DNA of 32,000 nucleotides, taken from Candidatus Omnitrophota bacterium (GTDB taxonomy: Bacteria > Omnitrophota > Gorgyraeia > 2-01-FULL-45-10). The notes under the pieces were generated by a model. The model was not told the DNA's origin. It ran no database searches and worked only from the letters and a program-made list of their open reading frames with translations. Both the position numbers and the translations under genes were made by a program. Within the stretch, counting starts at the first letter, position 1; each line of letters opens with the position of its first letter. The stretch spans positions 270,001 through 302,000 of the forward strand of contig JAMWCX010000002.1 of NCBI GenBank assembly GCA_023818895.1. Reading direction: 5' to 3'. This document shows, one piece after another, positions 23,537-30,812 of the stretch.

Positions 23537-24493
23537 TCTTATAACAGCGAGATCCAAGACGAGCCTCGGATCGGTTTTAGTCTTCTTTATTTCCAAGTCT
23601 GCTTCCAACAAAAATGTTATTTTTGATTTTATGTCCGCGATACGCATAGCCGACAGCTGCTTAAAAAACTCATTCTGATCTCGTTTCGCTATTTTAAGCG
23701 CTTCTGCGATAGCGTAATAACCTACACCTTTTGAGTGCAGAATCTTGGCCCGCATCATCCTCTTAAAGTGCCAGCACAAAAGACCTATTATCTCGAACTC
23801 CTTTTTGCCGGACTTCACAAGTTCTGAACATATCCTCATCGCCTCGGCCGTTTTCCTCTTGTCTATAGCACGTGTGATAGCAAAAGCGGAACGCGTAAGA
23901 CTGCGTCCTGCCACTTCTTCCACATCAGCGGCGGTTATACTCCTCCGTTTTCCGGCGAATGCAGCGAGCTTCTCAAGTTCTTGAGCAAGCATTAGCATAT
24001 CGGTTCCATGCAGCTCGGTAAGTATCGACACGGCGTCGGCATCGATACTTTTACCCAGAGAGCCGAGAAAATCGTTCATCCAGCATACAAGCTCGCGGCC
24101 TGTCATATCGCCAAAGTACCGGATATTCATATACCGAGCCACCTCATGATACGGCTTTATAAACGAATCATCAGCCGCATCCAGCACAAGACAAGTAAAG
24201 GGGGCGGGTTTCTTTATATAATTGATAAGGCCGGTTTTCAGAGTCGAAGGCAGGGATTCCGCATTTTTTACAATAGCGATTTTTTTCTCTGTGAAAAATG
24301 GGGCTGTATTTATATAATCAAGCAGGTCTTCTGGGTTAGTATCGGCTCCATGGAAAACTTTATAATCAGTTCCTATAGAATCGCCGCCCGCAAATGAAGC
24401 CACAAGCTCCTGAATAGCTTTTTCCTTCAGGAACCTATCTTCACCTATAAACAAAAATACGGAAGATCCTGAAGCGCGAACGGCCTCTACCAT
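23522..24493 (-). CDS. holA: DNA polymerase III delta subunit
   Basis: 323-aa ORF with delta-subunit features (FLFIGEDRFLKEKAI...; C-terminal helical domain). It sits immediately downstream of lptE as in Proteobacteria, and convergent with rpsT as in Bacillus. Confidence 0.8.
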   Translation of the reverse strand: MVEAVRASGSSVFLFIGEDRFLKEKAIQELVASFAGGDSIGTDYKVFHGADTNPEDLLDYINTAPFFTEKKIAIVKNAESLPSTLKTGLINYIKKPAPFTCLVLDAADDSFIKPYHEVARYMNIRYFGDMTGRELVCWMNDFLGSLGKSIDADAVSILTELHGTDMLMLAQELEKLAAFAGKRRSITAADVEEVAGRSLTRSAFAITRAIDKRKTAEAMRICSELVKSGKKEFEIIGLLCWHFKRMMRAKILHSKGVGYYAIAEALKIAKRDQNEFFKQLSAMRIADIKSKITFLLEADLEIKKTKTDPRLVLDLAVIRLCLG

Positions 24494-25026
24494 GCCTCAA
24501 TTGTTCTTTCCACGATGCGCCTGGCGAGGTCCTTTATGGCATCGGTAACCGCGGCGCTCTCGGGTTTTGCGTAAGTGCCGCTGGTGCTGTAAGTAGCCTC
24601 CCCAGAGAAACCCCGCTCCTTCCATAGTGTAGCACCTGAGTTGGCGTCCTGCAGCTCCATATTTACATAAAGCTTTATTCTATATTCCTCTATATTATCG
24701 TTAGCGTCGTAACGCAACGGCTCTCTCTTAAAATCTACCAGTTCGGACACAAGTATAAGGTCAGCGTTGCCCTCCTGTGAAACCTTAAGATTACCATCGA
24801 ACAAATAGGCATCTATAATTGCCTTTGTCAACTCGACTTCCATGCCCGGCCTGTATCCGCGATACATCCTGAGGTTGTCCTGTTCGGCCGTCACGCTTAT
24901 GCTATTCTTCACATTTTCCACCTCGATGCTTTTATATTCTGGCGAGAGCACGGAACGGGTAGTATAGCCGCAGCCTCCTACAGATAAAGCGGCAATAAGA
25001 GATAACACTACAAATGGCTTATTCAT
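24487..25026 (-). CDS. lptE: LPS-assembly lipoprotein LptE-like
   Basis: Start placed at ATG 25026 (MNKPFVVLSLIAALSVGGCGYTTRS...). The protein has a signal peptide with a lipobox-like VGGC, followed by GY-x-x-R as in E. coli LptE (GCGWHLR). Size is ~180 aa and the gene lies directly upstream of holA. The track's N-terminal extension to 25131 lies inside the upstream gene. Confidence 0.65.
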   Translation of the reverse strand: MNKPFVVLSLIAALSVGGCGYTTRSVLSPEYKSIEVENVKNSISVTAEQDNLRMYRGYRPGMEVELTKAIIDAYLFDGNLKVSQEGNADLILVSELVDFKREPLRYDANDNIEEYRIKLYVNMELQDANSGATLWKERGFSGEATYSTSGTYAKPESAAVTDAIKDLARRIVERTIEAW

Positions 25027-27454
25027 TATTGGCGCCCCCTTCTTCTGTACCCTTCTTCTTTTCGAAATTAAACGGGACCCATCCCTTTTTTTGACTTTTT
25101 TGCGAATCTTTGACTTTTCGTTGCGAGTCAATTACGGTGGGTCCTACCTTACTTTCTTTTTTATCGAAAGAAAGCGGCTTCCATTGTTTCTTTGGCGCTG
25201 GTTGTCTGGTTGCCTGTGTTGACTCTCTTTTCTCAAAAGAAAAAGGAGTCCATGTTTTTTTCGGTGAGGCCAACTCCTTTTTTGCTGTGTCTTTCTTTTT
25301 GTCGAAGGAAAACGGTACCCATGGCTTATTAACAGCAGACTCCTTAGCCACTGCGACGGAGGGCTTCTCTTTCTTACCCAATCCGAATTGCCACCAGCTC
25401 TTCCCAGCTGGTAACGTTTGAGCTGTTTCGGCATTAAGTGACTTTTCTTTTTCGGATTTTGTTTTTGAAACGGTCTTTTTGCTATCAAATCTAAATGGTG
25501 TCCAAGCCTGCTTAGTATCCTCTTTCGCCTGAAAAGCCTGTTCGGGAAGAGTTTTTTGTTTGTCTTTATCCTCATCGAAATACACCTTAAGTGTCTGCTG
25601 GGCAACCGATTGCCCGCTTTCAGGCGTGGCGGTAGTTATATTTTCGACAACAGGCATCGTACTTCTCTCTGGTGTCGGCGATGGTTTCGAGAGCATAGGA
25701 GATTCTTCGGAAACTACGGCGTCGCTTTCGACTAGGACTGAAACACTACCGGATATAACCGTAGCATCGGCCGCGGCAGAAGCCTGCTCTGGATCAGCAG
25801 GACCTTCAGCGGCTTTCTTTTCAGCAACTGGTAAGGCGGCCGACTCAGTGAGCGGGGTTTTTTCGGGCATCTGCGCTTCTGCCTGTTGTTCTGCCTGGGT
25901 GACCGATTCGGTGCTTTTCATTTCTATATTTACGGGTGACGACGAAGATTGTGAAGCGCCTGTTGTCTGCGCTGCGCTTTCGGCGGCAGCCTGTGACCGG
26001 ACTGACTCTTCGGCCAAAATGGCAGCCGGAGGCTGCGTAAGCTCCTGAACAGAGGTTGTCATCACCATAGCCGACTTTGCCTCTTGCGGCAAAGCGTGTT
26101 GGGAAGCTTTTCCTTTCTTCTTTCCGAAGCCAAGAGAAAACCAACTCTTGCGCTTCTCTCCGGATACGGCAACCGTCTGTTTATTTTCCGTCTTTTTCCC
26201 ATGCTTGCCCAACCAGGACCATCCTTCGCTCTTCTCCTGCGAAGACGTCTCGGTCTTAACTTCCTCCTTCTTATACGCCTTCTTACCGAATCCAAGAGAA
26301 AGCCAGCTCTTGGTCTTCTTTTTTGCTGGTAAAGCTTCTTCTTTTTCGGCGGCTTTCTCCTTTTTGCTAAAAGCGAGCGGGAATAAACCTTTGCCCCTTT
26401 CTTGGGCTTCGGATTTAGTCTTCTCCTGGCTAGAAGACGCCTCCTCCATCTTCTTTTTGCCGCTACCCGGCCAAGGCATCCAGCTCTTCCTATCGCCTGA
26501 GAATTTGCCGCTGTTTATCTCTTCTATCCTGGCCTTCGCCTTGGCGGCATAGCTACTATCAGGGAACCTGTCAAGGACGTCCTGATAGTACACCGCTGCG
26601 CTCTCATAATGTTTCACGCGCTCATAGAACTCCGCTGTCATCATGGATTTTTCCGCCGCCTTATCTTTCAGGCGACGAATAGTCTCATCGGCTTCTTTTG
26701 ATAATTGGGAATCCTTATTATCCTGCGTAAATTCCTGGAAAGCCTTTATAGCTTTCTCTGTAGGCGCTGCGTCATAAGCCGGTTTCAGAGAAGCTTGGTA
26801 GGCGCAATAGGCGACTTCATAGCGAGCTTTTTCGGCAAGCTCGGATTCTGGATAATCATCAGCCAGTTTTTGATATGCCACGGTTGCTTCATCATATCTG
26901 CCCGCCTCTTTCAAGGTTTCGGCCAACCTGAATTGTGCCTGGTCCGCCAACCTGCCAAACGGCGCATTATCAACAACTTTCCTGTATATATCTATCGCCC
27001 TGTCATAGGACGTCATTATATCCGTGCCGAGAACTCGGGGGTTCTCTTTCTTAGCGTATATCTGGGCGATATTGAACTGCCTTGCGATAATCTCATCTAT
27101 GTTGTCAATGTGAGGGAAATTATCTATCGCCTTTTGGTAGTTCTGAAAGGCCTGATAGTATTTACCCAAATTCTCATAGCACAGGCCCACGTAATATTGG
27201 GCTTTTGGGGCGTATTCGGAATATTCATAGTTCTTGGTTAGCTTGTCGAATTCGAAGGCTGCGCGTTCGTAATCTTTAGCGTCATAAAAGGTCATGGCCC
27301 AGTCAAACTGTTCCTTCGGACTGTCCTTGACCGCGTATTTTGGATTTATAAATTTTTTAGTTTCTGGTGTCCAGACCCAGTATGCTGAGGCAGCCGAAGA
27401 AAATGCCAGATATAGGATAAGAATTGAAGATATTATTATCGTTATTCGTCTCAT
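25019..27454 (-). CDS. Secreted BamD/YfiO-like TPR protein with a long lysine-rich repeat-bearing C-terminal tail
   Basis: 811-aa ORF with a signal peptide (cleavage after ASA, residue 24, no lipobox Cys). Residues ~40-315 show BamD-like TPR sequence (YEYSEYAPKAQYYVGLCYENLGKYYQAFQNYQKAIDNFP, DYPESELAEKARYEVAYC, RFPDSSYAAKAKARIEEI). Residues 322-811 are low-complexity with repeated W/F motifs. Confidence 0.7.
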   Translation of the reverse strand: MRRITIIISSILILYLAFSSAASAYWVWTPETKKFINPKYAVKDSPKEQFDWAMTFYDAKDYERAAFEFDKLTKNYEYSEYAPKAQYYVGLCYENLGKYYQAFQNYQKAIDNFPHIDNIDEIIARQFNIAQIYAKKENPRVLGTDIMTSYDRAIDIYRKVVDNAPFGRLADQAQFRLAETLKEAGRYDEATVAYQKLADDYPESELAEKARYEVAYCAYQASLKPAYDAAPTEKAIKAFQEFTQDNKDSQLSKEADETIRRLKDKAAEKSMMTAEFYERVKHYESAAVYYQDVLDRFPDSSYAAKAKARIEEINSGKFSGDRKSWMPWPGSGKKKMEEASSSQEKTKSEAQERGKGLFPLAFSKKEKAAEKEEALPAKKKTKSWLSLGFGKKAYKKEEVKTETSSQEKSEGWSWLGKHGKKTENKQTVAVSGEKRKSWFSLGFGKKKGKASQHALPQEAKSAMVMTTSVQELTQPPAAILAEESVRSQAAAESAAQTTGASQSSSSPVNIEMKSTESVTQAEQQAEAQMPEKTPLTESAALPVAEKKAAEGPADPEQASAAADATVISGSVSVLVESDAVVSEESPMLSKPSPTPERSTMPVVENITTATPESGQSVAQQTLKVYFDEDKDKQKTLPEQAFQAKEDTKQAWTPFRFDSKKTVSKTKSEKEKSLNAETAQTLPAGKSWWQFGLGKKEKPSVAVAKESAVNKPWVPFSFDKKKDTAKKELASPKKTWTPFSFEKRESTQATRQPAPKKQWKPLSFDKKESKVGPTVIDSQRKVKDSQKSQKKGWVPFNFEKKKGTEEGGANNE
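25046..26491 (-). repeat. Protein-level degenerate repeats, consensus K-[KS]-W-x-[PS]-[FL]-x-F-[DEG]-K-K, in two blocks split by an acidic Ser/Ala/Glu-rich spacer
   Basis: Block 1 (residues 322-450, nt 26105..26491) contains KSWMPWPGSGKKK, GLFPLAFSKKEK, KSWLSLGFGKKAYKK, EGWSWLGKHGKK and KSWFSLGFGKKKGK. The spacer covers residues 451-645 (nt 25520..26104). Block 2 (residues 646-803, nt 25046..25519) contains QAWTPFRFDSKK, KSWWQFGLGKKEK, KPWVPFSFDKKKD, KTWTPFSFEKRES, KQWKPLSFDKKES and KGWVPFNFEKKKG, with ~23-residue spacing between the middle copies. The repeats are not conserved at the DNA level. Confidence 0.8.
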
Positions 27455-27464
27455 ATAAGCAGAG

Positions 27465-27494
27465 ATTATACCATGTAAGTATAATATTAGTCAA
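27465..27494 (-). promoter_or_regulatory. Extended -10 promoter of the BamD-like gene: TTGACT-N18-(TGG)TATAAT; near-leaderless transcript
   Basis: The minus strand reads TTGACT (27494..27489), an 18-nt spacer ending in TGG, then TATAAT (27470..27465). Only 10 nt (CTCTGCTTAT, no SD) separate the -10 element from ATG 27454. Confidence 0.5.
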
Positions 27495-27550
27495 AAAAAA
27501 CTAAAGTTGGGTTTTGCGAAACAGTGCCAGGGATAGCTTTGGAGATCTTG

Positions 27551-28003
27551 TCAGAGGTTGGTCTGTAATGCCGCGTTAACAAAATTCATTATGCTCGCCT
27601 TATCTTCCTTGGTGATCTCAAGGAATTGATTACCGAGTTCGTACTGATCGCTTGACGGTAATTTCCTTATCCACGCGACCTTCGAGATTGCCTTAATTGG
27701 CTTCGGCGAGTTGGGCAGGCTTATTTCTAGAACAAGACGGCATGCTAGTGAGATGAACTTGTTTGATTTAAAGCACACCCCGCCTTCGCTTACATTCTTG
27801 GTTAGTGAGCCAGAGGCGGCTTCCCCTAATTGTCGCAGATTCTTATATTGTATCGCTAAACTCGAATTTACCCTTTTGTATTTTCTCTTCTCTTCTACAG
27901 CTGTAAAATTCTCCACGATTTGTTCCGTTTCTCCCGAGTTATTTAATAATCCATTATTTTTAACTTGTATATCAAATGTATCATAAATTAATAATCTTGT
28001 CAA
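27551..28003 (-). CDS. PilZ-domain c-di-GMP receptor protein
   Basis: 150-aa ORF with the RxxxR motif (RKYKR) and, ~30 residues later, the [DN]xSxxG motif (NVSEGG), followed by a beta-barrel-like sequence. It starts 17 nt after the comEC stop. Confidence 0.75.
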   Translation of the reverse strand: MTRLLIYDTFDIQVKNNGLLNNSGETEQIVENFTAVEEKRKYKRVNSSLAIQYKNLRQLGEAASGSLTKNVSEGGVCFKSNKFISLACRLVLEISLPNSPKPIKAISKVAWIRKLPSSDQYELGNQFLEITKEDKASIMNFVNAALQTNL

Positions 28004-28020
28004 GGTAAGATATAAAAAAG

Positions 28021-30447
28021 TTAGTTTCGATTAATATACGATCCGATCTTGTAAGATTCTGGTGTTATCCGAACAATTATGGCACCGTCATCTTTAGTGA
28101 TGTAAGTATTTGAATTTAAATGATTTATGATTTCAAGAGTATTGCCTGAAGGCATTTTATAACGATTTGACCTACCTACACTGATTATAGAATTTTTAGG
28201 CGATACTGCGGAAAAAAATTTTTTCACAGTTTCCTCATCGCCGAGATTTCCGCCGTGATGTGGAACTTTGATGATATCCGATTTAAGCGCATCGCATCGC
28301 GCTTCAAGTATTTTTTTCATAGCGTCTGATTTTATGTCGCCGCAAAACAACGCGTTAAAGTTTTTGTACCCCACTTTTAACACGAGCGAACCATTATTCT
28401 GATCGGTCTCCGCCCAGCTTTCGGGGTTCAGCACTGAGACCGTAACTGCGCCTCCATATTCGATGCTGTCGCCCGCAGCAAGAGCAACATGCCTGGAACC
28501 GTTTTTTCTGATCGCTTCAAGATAGGCATTATAAAGCCGTCTATCTTCCGGAACAATACCGTTATCGATAATATTATTGACTTTAAAATTATTCAGCAGA
28601 TATATTATGCCTCCCATATGGTCCTCATGCATATGAGTCACAACAACACTATCGATATAGGTAAAGCCCCTATTCCACAAAAATGGCGCGACAACGGATC
28701 TTCCTATGTCAAGTGCGCCCTCCTCTCCGCCGCTGCCGCCGTCGATCAGTAAATTTCCTCCTGGAAATTCTAGGAAAGCCGAATCACCCTGTTCCACGTC
28801 AAGAAAGGTTATTCTCATGTTCCGACTTTCCGACGCTGAGATAGCGACATCTCTCCAAAAACCTATGTTCATGGCCACAAGGATCGCTATCAGGACCTTT
28901 CGTTTATCTATATGGAAGCGCCAGACTAACAATGGCGAAGGCATTATCCACAAAAGCAGAATAGTATAATAAGAGACGATAATCCAGCCGGTGGGAGCCG
29001 GAACCCTGAAATGCGCAACTGGCAACCCCGCGAAAAAATCGTTTACGGAAAAAAGAATTCTTGCCAAGGCCTCGAGGGCACTTGCAAACAAGCTCGCCAG
29101 AACCACCGAAATCGGCGCCGCCACCAGGAAGAGGAAAGCCGACACTATCAAAACGAAAATTAAAGGTATAACGGCAAGATTCACTAATACAGAAATAGGT
29201 GATAATATATTGAAGTATTTCGCTACCAGCGGCCATGTCCCCAGCCATGCCGCTATTGAAACCGACAACCCAGTCAATATATACGATTTCATCCTTCCGG
29301 TAAAATACATGGAAGGTTTTGGGCCAATTTTTAAGATCGCGTTCACCTTAGGAGTTATCGCCGCTATGCTTAAAACGGACAAGGACGACAATTGAAACGC
29401 CGGGTCAAATAGCGCTTTGGGATTCCAGAGAAGCATGAGGAACGCCGCCACTGAGATCGAATTTAATAAATCTGCCTGCCTTCCGATCGCATAAGCTATA
29501 ATGGTGAGCGCGAACATTATCACCGCCCTAATGACAGGAAGGCTGGAACCGGCTATGAACAAATAGACTATCAGCGTAACGGCCGTTAAGACAAAACTTG
29601 CCTTTCTCGGTAGCCGGAACAGCGTAAAAAAAATAAATACGAGCGCCGCTATCAGTCCGACATGGAGACCGCTTATCGCCAGGACATGTATAGTTCCTGT
29701 CTTAATAAAATTGTCTTTGATATCATGCTCAAGGCCCATCCTGTCTCCTATAAGTATAGCTTTTATGAAACCGTTGTAAGGCTGGTCGATGTAGCGATCG
29801 ATAATAGACCTTGCCTTTTGTCTCAAGCTATAGGCCAATTTTTTAACTGGCTGCGACTTCACCCTGCCCTCCAGCCGTACGGAGCTGCCATCCTTTACCT
29901 TCACCACACCATATACTTTCTGTGTCTCGAGATACTTCGAATAATCGAAAAGGCCGGGATTCTTCAGAGCCGAAGGCTTTGATATCATGCCCTCCAGAAG
30001 TACTCTATCCCCATAAACGAACCTCGCGCCATTACGCGAGTAATCGGTTACCGCGACCCTGCCGATTGATGCGCGAGACCTAATGCCATATTCAATCGAA
30101 TCCACCTCAAGCTTAAAACGAGTTCTCGTCCCGTAATATGTTTTATCGGTAACCGGATCGTCGATAATGATCCCCGCCACGACAACTTTCTGCGGTTCTT
30201 CAGATATAAGGTTTGAAATGTGATCGGCTGGCAGAATGTTGAAGTTCTGATAATACGCCATACCGAAAAATAGGACGCCGAGATAAAGAAAAACGTGAGA
30301 AACTCCGGCTCTTCTGGATAACAGGATAGAACCTGAAAGAAATAAGGCGCTTAATATCAAAGAATAGAAGGCGGGCAAAACTACCAAACGCGCCGTTAAT
30401 AAACTGAGGCAGAAAACGATCGTTATATAAAATACTGGGCGCTTCAT
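28021..30447 (-). CDS. comEC: DNA internalization-related competence protein ComEC/Rec2
   Basis: 808-aa ORF with an N-terminal OB/DUF4131-like region, a polytopic competence domain and a C-terminal metallo-beta-lactamase domain (VVVTHMHEDHMGG). It overlaps comEA by 4 nt. Confidence 0.9.
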   Translation of the reverse strand: MKRPVFYITIVFCLSLLTARLVVLPAFYSLILSALFLSGSILLSRRAGVSHVFLYLGVLFFGMAYYQNFNILPADHISNLISEEPQKVVVAGIIIDDPVTDKTYYGTRTRFKLEVDSIEYGIRSRASIGRVAVTDYSRNGARFVYGDRVLLEGMISKPSALKNPGLFDYSKYLETQKVYGVVKVKDGSSVRLEGRVKSQPVKKLAYSLRQKARSIIDRYIDQPYNGFIKAILIGDRMGLEHDIKDNFIKTGTIHVLAISGLHVGLIAALVFIFFTLFRLPRKASFVLTAVTLIVYLFIAGSSLPVIRAVIMFALTIIAYAIGRQADLLNSISVAAFLMLLWNPKALFDPAFQLSSLSVLSIAAITPKVNAILKIGPKPSMYFTGRMKSYILTGLSVSIAAWLGTWPLVAKYFNILSPISVLVNLAVIPLIFVLIVSAFLFLVAAPISVVLASLFASALEALARILFSVNDFFAGLPVAHFRVPAPTGWIIVSYYTILLLWIMPSPLLVWRFHIDKRKVLIAILVAMNIGFWRDVAISASESRNMRITFLDVEQGDSAFLEFPGGNLLIDGGSGGEEGALDIGRSVVAPFLWNRGFTYIDSVVVTHMHEDHMGGIIYLLNNFKVNNIIDNGIVPEDRRLYNAYLEAIRKNGSRHVALAAGDSIEYGGAVTVSVLNPESWAETDQNNGSLVLKVGYKNFNALFCGDIKSDAMKKILEARCDALKSDIIKVPHHGGNLGDEETVKKFFSAVSPKNSIISVGRSNRYKMPSGNTLEIINHLNSNTYITKDDGAIIVRITPESYKIGSYINRN

Positions 30448-30812
30448 TCCACGGATATATTGTCTTTTATCTTTTCAAAAAGCGCCGGTCCGATACCGCG
30501 TACCTTCTTAAGATCGTCAGCGGACAAGAAGAGTCCGTTTTTTTCGCGATATTCGACTATGCGTCGGGCAACAGTCCTGCCCACGCCCTTGAGCGCCATA
30601 AGATCGGACTCATCGGCCACGTTTATATTGACCTTCGCCTTCTCGATAGGCAATGAGGTGGATTTTATCGCGGCTTCACTCCTAACTATTTTCATCTGTG
30701 TGGGAGAGTATGCCTTTTTGTAAAGCGTTAAAGCGGCGCCCGCAAGAAACGATAAGATAAGGATTGTTATAACAGTCCTTTCTGATCTATCAAGATTGAA
30801 CAATTTAATCAC
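30444..30812 (-). CDS. comEA: ComEA-type helix-hairpin-helix DNA receptor
   Basis: 122-aa ORF with an N-terminal TM anchor and C-terminal tandem HhH (VNINVADESDLMALKGVGRTVARRIVEYREKNGLFLSADDLKKVRGIGPALFEKI). Confidence 0.85.
   Translation of the reverse strand: MIKLFNLDRSERTVITILILSFLAGAALTLYKKAYSPTQMKIVRSEAAIKSTSLPIEKAKVNINVADESDLMALKGVGRTVARRIVEYREKNGLFLSADDLKKVRGIGPALFEKIKDNISVE

Noticed and set aside
25110-26552. Eight further ORFs of 60-162 aa in five other frames across the BamD-like tail (for example 25144..25605 -, 25560..26048 +, 26148..26552 +)
   Set aside because: They arise from stop-codon depletion caused by the AAG/GAA/GCN-rich coding strand. The products are Arg/Ser/Phe-rich low-complexity strings without SDs. 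The 811-aa frame is the only one with a signal peptide, a TPR domain and periodic motifs.
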